Assembly: GCA_031406395.1 (NCBI GenBank)
Contig: JANOHH010001131.1
Span: 1 to 31,590 of the forward strand
Direction: 5' to 3'
Origin: Verrucomicrobiota bacterium
GTDB lineage: Bacteria; Verrucomicrobiota; Verrucomicrobiia; Limisphaerales; JADLHS01
DNA length: 31,590 nucleotides
Below the pieces are notes generated by a model, which made no database searches, had not been told where the DNA came from, and saw only the letters and a list, made by a program, of their open reading frames with translations. Shown in pieces: positions 26,567 through 31,590 of this stretch (the first letter of the stretch is position 1; the number at the start of each line of letters is the position of its first letter). Position numbers and translations under genes: made by a program.

Positions 26567-26575
26567 GACCGCTCT

Positions 26576-28576
26576 ATGGCCGAGCAAAAGGAAAACGTCT
26601 TGATGGAGAAAATCGTGTCGCTGTGCAAACGGCGCGGGTTCATTTACCAGTCTTCCGAAATCTACGGTGGCATCAACGGCTTCTGGGATTATGGCCCGCT
26701 CGGCGCGGAGTTGAAGCGCAACGTCAAGGAACTCTGGTGGACCACTATGACCCGCAAGCGCGAAGATGTGGTCGGGCTCGAAGCCACCATCATCATGTCC
26801 CCCGCAATTTGGAAAGCGAGCGGGCATGTGGATACGTTTGCAGACATGATGGTTGAATGCCCTGTAACGAAGAAAAGATTCCGCGCGGATCAAGTGGACC
26901 CACTCAGCGGCGAAATCTATGAGTTCCCCGGGGCAATTGAGGCAAATGTTGCTCGCAGTTTGGCGGTTGAAGTCATGAATGCTCCAGCTTTTCAGAGCGG
27001 CGAGGGTAAGAAACTGCGAGACGCGTTTTCGGCACAAAACACCGTACCAACAATCGTTGGCCAATTGTTGCCACTTATCGAACAAGTCATTCAAATGCGA
27101 GACCCGGTTGACTTAGCGAAAATGTCCCAACTAGCAGCTCAAGGTAAAAAAGGTGCGCCCTTTATCAGCACGCCAATTAGGGTCTTGATTCACGGAAGGC
27201 TAAAACCGGGGAGTGCCTTCCAAGCTGCTAAGCAGTTCTATAAAATGAATGGAATGGAGGATCCGATTCCTCTCAGACCTAAGGTTTCCATAGTTGATAA
27301 CACTACGCGGTTTAGTCCAGAAAGCGGCTATGAACTCTCGCCTCCCCGCCCGTTCAACCTGATGTTCAAAACCTACGTCGGCCCGGTGGAGAGTGAGGAT
27401 GGCATCGCCTACCTCCGACCCGAAACGGCACAGGCGATTTTCGCGCAGTTCAAGAACGTGCTGGAAACTTCACGGCAACGCGTCCCGTTCGGCATTGCAC
27501 AGGTCGGCAAGGCATTCCGCAACGAAGTCACGCCACGCAACTTCACCTTTCGCTCGCGCGAATTTGAGCAGATGGAGTTGGAGTACTTCATCAAGCCGGA
27601 CGAAGTGGTCGAAGCAATCTGTGGCCAGGTTGCGACCCCAACTCCCAACTCCCAACTCTCAACTCCCCAACCCGATTGGGGCTGGCAGGCGTGGCATCAG
27701 TACTGGGTCGAGGAGCGCGTGGCTTTTTATGAGGGCATTGGACTTTCGCGGAACACGCTCGGCTTCCACATCCAGACACCGGAGGAACTGGCGCATTACG
27801 CCCGTGCCTGCACGGATATTCTGTTCAAGTTCCCATTCAGTAAGCAGGACGAGCAAGGCAACGTGGCCGGGGATGAACTGGAAGGCATCGCCGCCCGCAG
27901 TGATTTTGATTTGAGCCAGCATGCGCGGTTTTCCGGCAAATCCATGGGCGTGTTCGATGAGGAGCTCCGCACCGCGTGGGGCAAACTGGACGACGCCCGC
28001 AAAGCGGAGTTGACCAATCGCTACTACAATGCGCGGCATAAGTATCTCACCAAGTCCGGAGTTCTGCCAGAGCCGGCTGCCAAAAGTGCGAAGGAAGACG
28101 CCGAAGGTCTGGCCAAGGGCCAGTATATCCCCCATGTCATCGAGCCGTCCGCCGGCGTCGATCGCCTCATCCTCGCGCTGCTCGCCAACGCCTATTCGGA
28201 AAGCACGAGCACGGACGAGAAGGGCAAGAGCGAGACCCGCGTGGTGCTGAAGTTTCATCCGCGCGTCGCGCCGATCAAGGTCGGCGTGTTCCCACTGCTC
28301 AAGAACAAACCCGAACTGGTGGCCAAAGCCCGCGAAGTTTACGAACTCCTGCGGCCGCACCTGAAAGCGTTTTATGACGACGCCGGCGCCATCGGCCGCC
28401 GTTACGCACGGCAGGACGAAGCCGGCACGCCGTTCTGCCTGACGATTGACTTCGATACGCTGGGCGAAAAGCCGGAGTTGCTCAACACCGTGACCCTGCG
28501 CCATCGCGACGACGGCCGACAGGAACGACTGGCGATAGGAGAATTGTTGAATTGGTTGCTGCCGAAGATACGCTAG
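26576..28576 (+). CDS. glyQS: Glycine--tRNA ligase, alpha2 (GlyQS/eukaryote-like) type, 666 aa with insertions
   Basis: MEKIVSLCKRRGFIYQSSEIYGG, WDYGPLG, SGHVDTF, FNLMFKT, YLRPETAQ, motif 2 FRNEVTPRNFTFRSREFEQME, motif 3 IEPSAGVDR, anticodon domain IGRRYARQDEAGTPFC. True start 26576, not 25646. Confidence 0.96.
   Translation: MAEQKENVLMEKIVSLCKRRGFIYQSSEIYGGINGFWDYGPLGAELKRNVKELWWTTMTRKREDVVGLEATIIMSPAIWKASGHVDTFADMMVECPVTKKRFRADQVDPLSGEIYEFPGAIEANVARSLAVEVMNAPAFQSGEGKKLRDAFSAQNTVPTIVGQLLPLIEQVIQMRDPVDLAKMSQLAAQGKKGAPFISTPIRVLIHGRLKPGSAFQAAKQFYKMNGMEDPIPLRPKVSIVDNTTRFSPESGYELSPPRPFNLMFKTYVGPVESEDGIAYLRPETAQAIFAQFKNVLETSRQRVPFGIAQVGKAFRNEVTPRNFTFRSREFEQMELEYFIKPDEVVEAICGQVATPTPNSQLSTPQPDWGWQAWHQYWVEERVAFYEGIGLSRNTLGFHIQTPEELAHYARACTDILFKFPFSKQDEQGNVAGDELEGIAARSDFDLSQHARFSGKSMGVFDEELRTAWGKLDDARKAELTNRYYNARHKYLTKSGVLPEPAAKSAKEDAEGLAKGQYIPHVIEPSAGVDRLILALLANAYSESTSTDEKGKSETRVVLKFHPRVAPIKVGVFPLLKNKPELVAKAREVYELLRPHLKAFYDDAGAIGRRYARQDEAGTPFCLTIDFDTLGEKPELLNTVTLRHRDDGRQERLAIGELLNWLLPKIR
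27640..27667 (+). repeat. Heptamer tandem repeat (AACTCCC)4 inside glyQS
   Basis: AACTCCC AACTCCC AACTCTC AACTCCC, encoding ...PTPNSQLSTP... Confidence 0.85.
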
Positions 28577-28584
28577 CCCGGAGA

Positions 28585-29643
28585 ATGAACCTCGAAGTTC
28601 CAACGGGGAAGCCTCCGGAGGCCAAGGCGCTTTCCGCCAAGACGCTCACCACCTCGGCGCGCATTTCCTTCGGCATCATGGCGGTGCTGCTCGTGCTGAT
28701 TGCGTGGTTGCACCTCGGCACGCTGGTGTTGACGGCGATGTTTGGTTACTTCGCGATGCACCTGTTCAGCTTCGGCCGGAGCAAGTCGCTCGGCGTGGTG
28801 GTCTATCTGTTTGCCGTGGTCGCCATCGCCACCGGTTTGTTTTTCTTCTCCAAGCGGGCGTACAGGACGCTGCCGGAAATCGCGGATAAGACCATCCCGG
28901 CCGTGGTGCAGTTCGCGGAGCGCCAGGAAATTGAACTTCCGTTCACCGATTACGCCAGCCTCAAGACGATGGTGCAGCAGGAGGTTGGCGAGCGTCTGAC
29001 CAACGTCGGAACGTACGCGCGCACCGCAGTGTTGCAGCTCGCCATGCTGATCATCGGTGTGGTCGTCGCCGTCAGCCTGTTCATCAACGCGAAGTGGGAG
29101 GTCGAGGAGGAACCGGACATGGTTAAGAACAGCCTCTACGCCACCGTCGTGCGCGAGATTGTGATCCGGTTCGTAACATTTTTTGCCAGTTTCGCCCGGG
29201 TCATCGGCGCGCAGATCATTATCTCGGTCATCAACACCGCCTTGACGGCGATTTTCCTCATCTGGAATCAATTCCCCTACACCTCGGTCATCATCGTGCT
29301 CACTTTTCTGTGCGGCCTGTTGCCCATCATCGGCAACCTCGCCAGCAACACCCTCATCATCGGCGTGGCGTTTACCATCTCACCGAAACTTGCCGGCATC
29401 GCCCTGATCTTTCTCGTGGTGATCCACAAGCTGGAATATTTCCTCAACAGCAAAATCATCGGCGACCGGATCAAAAACCCGATGTGGCTCACCTTGATCG
29501 GCCTGGTGCTGGGCGAAAAGCTCATGGGCATCCCGGGTATGATTCTCGCCCCGGTCGTGTTGCACTACATCAAGGTGGAGGCCTCGCGCAATAAGGCTGA
29601 CGACGAAGGGGCGGACGCGGTCAAGGCGAGCCCCACCAAGTGA
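28585..29643 (+). CDS. AI-2E family transporter (PerM/UPF0118-like)
   Basis: Multiple TM segments, LLPIIGNL, HKLEYFLNSKIIG, GIPGMILAPV. ATG 28585 is 8 nt after the glyQS stop. Confidence 0.88.
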   Translation: MNLEVPTGKPPEAKALSAKTLTTSARISFGIMAVLLVLIAWLHLGTLVLTAMFGYFAMHLFSFGRSKSLGVVVYLFAVVAIATGLFFFSKRAYRTLPEIADKTIPAVVQFAERQEIELPFTDYASLKTMVQQEVGERLTNVGTYARTAVLQLAMLIIGVVVAVSLFINAKWEVEEEPDMVKNSLYATVVREIVIRFVTFFASFARVIGAQIIISVINTALTAIFLIWNQFPYTSVIIVLTFLCGLLPIIGNLASNTLIIGVAFTISPKLAGIALIFLVVIHKLEYFLNSKIIGDRIKNPMWLTLIGLVLGEKLMGIPGMILAPVVLHYIKVEASRNKADDEGADAVKASPTK

Positions 29644-29671
29644 CCTGGAAACGCCGTACCCGGCAGAGTTG

Positions 29672-30157
29672 ATGACCAGCGATCCCCCTATCCTTGAAAA
29701 GCGCGCGCCGACGCTTTACCTCATCATCGGAATCAAGTTGGTCAAGGGCGCCCTATTCGTCACGCTGGCCTTCGTAGCCTACGCCCTTTCCTACAACAAT
29801 CTACCGGAGGAGTATCGGCAAGTGTTGCATTTTCTCCGACTCAACCCGGCGGCGCGGTTCTGGACGGAAGTGGCGACGCAGATTGGGAAGTTGACCGAGG
29901 CCAAAGTGCTGTGGGTGTCGGTTGGCACCTTGATTTACAGCCTGTTCTCCCTGGTGGAAGGCATCGGGCTGATGTTTCGCGTAAGTTGGGCGGGCTGGCT
30001 GGCGATTGGCGAGTCGGCATTCTTTATTCCGATTGAAGTGTTCGAACTCGTTCATCATCCATCATGGACGGTCACCGGCATTCTCGGTTTAAACATCTTC
30101 ATCGTCTGGTATCTGTTCGCCAACCGTCAGCGCTTGTTCCGTCACCATCATCACTGA
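29672..30157 (+). CDS. DUF2127-like membrane protein
   Basis: IIGIKLVKG..., YSLFSLVEGIGL...WAGWLAI...FIPIEVFEL pattern, 4 TM segments. Confidence 0.8.
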   Translation: MTSDPPILEKRAPTLYLIIGIKLVKGALFVTLAFVAYALSYNNLPEEYRQVLHFLRLNPAARFWTEVATQIGKLTEAKVLWVSVGTLIYSLFSLVEGIGLMFRVSWAGWLAIGESAFFIPIEVFELVHHPSWTVTGILGLNIFIVWYLFANRQRLFRHHHH

Positions 30158-30286
30158 AAGCGCGAAACTCAAGCATCTGAGTCTCCGATAATTTCAGAAT
30201 CCCCAATTCCACCACCTTGGTGCCGTTGGCTTGCGGTTTGGAATTTGGAGCTTTTGTGCGGTATACAATCATGGCAACGTCCGCGG

Positions 30287-31045
30287 GTGACGACGGCTGA
30301 AGCCATTCAACTCCTGGATCAATTCCGCGCCGGTGGCGTGGGCCGCGATGAAGTGCTGCACGCATTTCAAGCCGCGCCCGTGGCGGATCTCGGGTTTGCC
30401 CAGGTGGACACGCACCGGGCGCTGCGGAAAGGCTTTCCCGAAGTGATCTTTGGCGCAGGCAAGACAACCGCCCAGGTCGTCAAGATCGCAACCACCCTGG
30501 TGGCGCACGAGCAACGGGTTCTCATCACCCGCATCACCGCCGAACACGCCCGCGCCCTGCGAAAGAAATTCAAGCACGCCGTACATCACGAACCCGCGCG
30601 CTGCGTGACCATCGAGAAAAAGCCTTTACCCCGACGCGCCGGCCGCATCGGCGTCATTTGTGCCGGCACCAGCGATTTGCCGGTGGCGGAAGAAGCCGCC
30701 GTTACCGCCGAGATCATGGGGAATCGCGTTGAGCGGATCGTGGATGTGGGCGTGGCGGGCTTACATCGAATTCTTTCGCGGCTCCCAACGCTTCAAGAGG
30801 CGAACGTGCTGGTGGTCGTGGCGGGCATGGAAGGCGCGCTGCCCAGCGTGGTCGCCGGGCTGGTGAGCAAGCCCGTCATTGCCGTGCCGACCAGCATTGG
30901 TTACGGCGCCAGTTTTGGCGGCGTGGCGGCATTGCTCGGCATGTTGAATAGTTGTGGCAGCGGCGTGACGGTGGTGAACATCGACAATGGCTTCGGCGCC
31001 GGCTTCGCCGCGAGCCAGATCAATGCGTTGGCTGCCGGTTCTTAA
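30287..31045 (+). CDS. larB: Nickel-pincer cofactor biosynthesis protein LarB (PurE-like)
   Basis: [86 protein letters not shown] start 30287. Confidence 0.95.
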   Translation: MTTAEAIQLLDQFRAGGVGRDEVLHAFQAAPVADLGFAQVDTHRALRKGFPEVIFGAGKTTAQVVKIATTLVAHEQRVLITRITAEHARALRKKFKHAVHHEPARCVTIEKKPLPRRAGRIGVICAGTSDLPVAEEAAVTAEIMGNRVERIVDVGVAGLHRILSRLPTLQEANVLVVVAGMEGALPSVVAGLVSKPVIAVPTSIGYGASFGGVAALLGMLNSCGSGVTVVNIDNGFGAGFAASQINALAAGS

Positions 31046-31122
31046 TCATAATCGTAATCTTATTCTCAATCTCCCTGGAGAATCGCTTCTTGGATTAAGA
31101 TTATGAGAAAGATTACGATTAA
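31042..31122. repeat. Imperfect inverted array of NTAATC hexamers between larB and larC
   Basis: TTAATC ATAATC GTAATC TTATTC TCAATC (31042-31071), then GATTAA GATTAT GAGAAA GATTAC GATTAA (31093-31122). Confidence 0.8.
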
Positions 31123-31134
31123 GCGCGGAACGAA

Positions 31135-31590
31135 ATGAAAACCCTATATCTCGACATTTTTAGCGGCATCAGCGGCGACATGTTCATTGGCGCGCTGATT
31201 GATCTAGGCGTCGACGCGCACAAACTCGAACGCGAACTCAAAAAACTCAAGCTGGACGGCTATCACCTCCACATTGCGCGCCAGCACAAGTCCGCCATCG
31301 AAGGCGTGAAATTTGACGTGCATCTCGCACACGAGCATCACCACGAGCCTGGACATGAGCAGGGTCACAGCCACGACCACCATCATCATCACGGCGAAAC
31401 TGAGCACGGCCACGAGCACACTCACAGTCATGAGCCTCACACGCACGACGATCACAGCCATGACGACCAGCGCAATTTCGCCGAGATCAAGCAGCTCATC
31501 GGCAAGAGCAAGCTCTCGCCGTGGGTGAAAAAGAAATCCGTCGCCGTCTTTGAACGCATCGCGGAGGCGGAGGGAAAAATTCACGGCCTG
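31135..31590 (+). CDS. larC: Nickel-pincer cofactor biosynthesis protein LarC, partial (runs off window)
   Basis: Translated by hand (absent from the ORF track): MKTLYLDIFSGISGDMFIGALIDLG...His-rich linker...RNFAEIKQLI...FERIAEAEGKIHG. Confidence 0.95.
   Translation, partial: MKTLYLDIFSGISGDMFIGALIDLGVDAHKLERELKKLKLDGYHLHIARQHKSAIEGVKFDVHLAHEHHHEPGHEQGHSHDHHHHHGETEHGHEHTHSHEPHTHDDHSHDDQRNFAEIKQLIGKSKLSPWVKKKSVAVFERIAEAEGKIHGL

Noticed and set aside
25646-26575. 310-aa N-terminal extension of GlyRS in the ORF track (976 aa)
   Set aside because: Family similarity starts at MAEQKENVLMEKIV (26576), the extension is not protein-like, and a promoter-like element lies just before 26576.
26890-27340. 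Intein in glyQS
   Set aside because: No N-terminal Cys/Ser block A, no C-terminal His-Asn followed by Cys/Ser/Thr, and no homing-endonuclease motif.
2984-28576. Functional link between glycine-yielding catabolism and the nearby glyQS
   Set aside because: glyQS belongs to the housekeeping block, lacks the shared box, and proximity alone is not evidence.
31330-31470. CAC/CAT-rich repeats as a DNA repeat array or CRISPR
   Set aside because: They encode the His-rich linker of LarC. No constant repeat-spacer structure was seen anywhere in the window.

Overview
GC-rich (~60%) bacterial window, most likely Verrucomicrobiota. That placement is inferred from a PEP-CTERM protein, an H-X9-DG prepilin-like protein, Ig/LamG secreted proteins and an insert-bearing alpha2 GlyRS. 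About 1.4-25.6 kb is an accessory region. It holds a GlpT/UhpT-type MFS permease and a minus-strand N-methylamine catabolic operon (GbcA-like Rieske oxygenase, a Rossmann-fold remnant, etfB, etfA, two sarcosine/dimethylglycine-dehydrogenase-like flavoproteins). It also holds a 1.5-kaa secreted YncE/phosphoesterase fusion, an atypical LuxR regulator, a PEP-CTERM protein, a TPR-sulfotransferase, a secreted ADP-ribosylglycohydrolase, a prepilin-like gene with a partner, and a 985-aa secreted modular protein. Main observation: six transcription units share a 19-nt C-rich/AAAAC/G-rich box ending in the TTG of a sigma70-like -35 element. This suggests one activator-controlled regulon, plausibly run by the LuxR protein, which has two AP2/integrase-arm-like N-terminal repeats and a pseudo-receiver. 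My inferred role is extracellular scavenging of phosphorylated quaternary amines such as phosphocholine. From 26.5 kb on the genes are housekeeping: glyQS (with a low-GC in-frame insert), an AI-2E transporter, DUF2127, larB and partial larC. All family calls are by eye; no searches were run.
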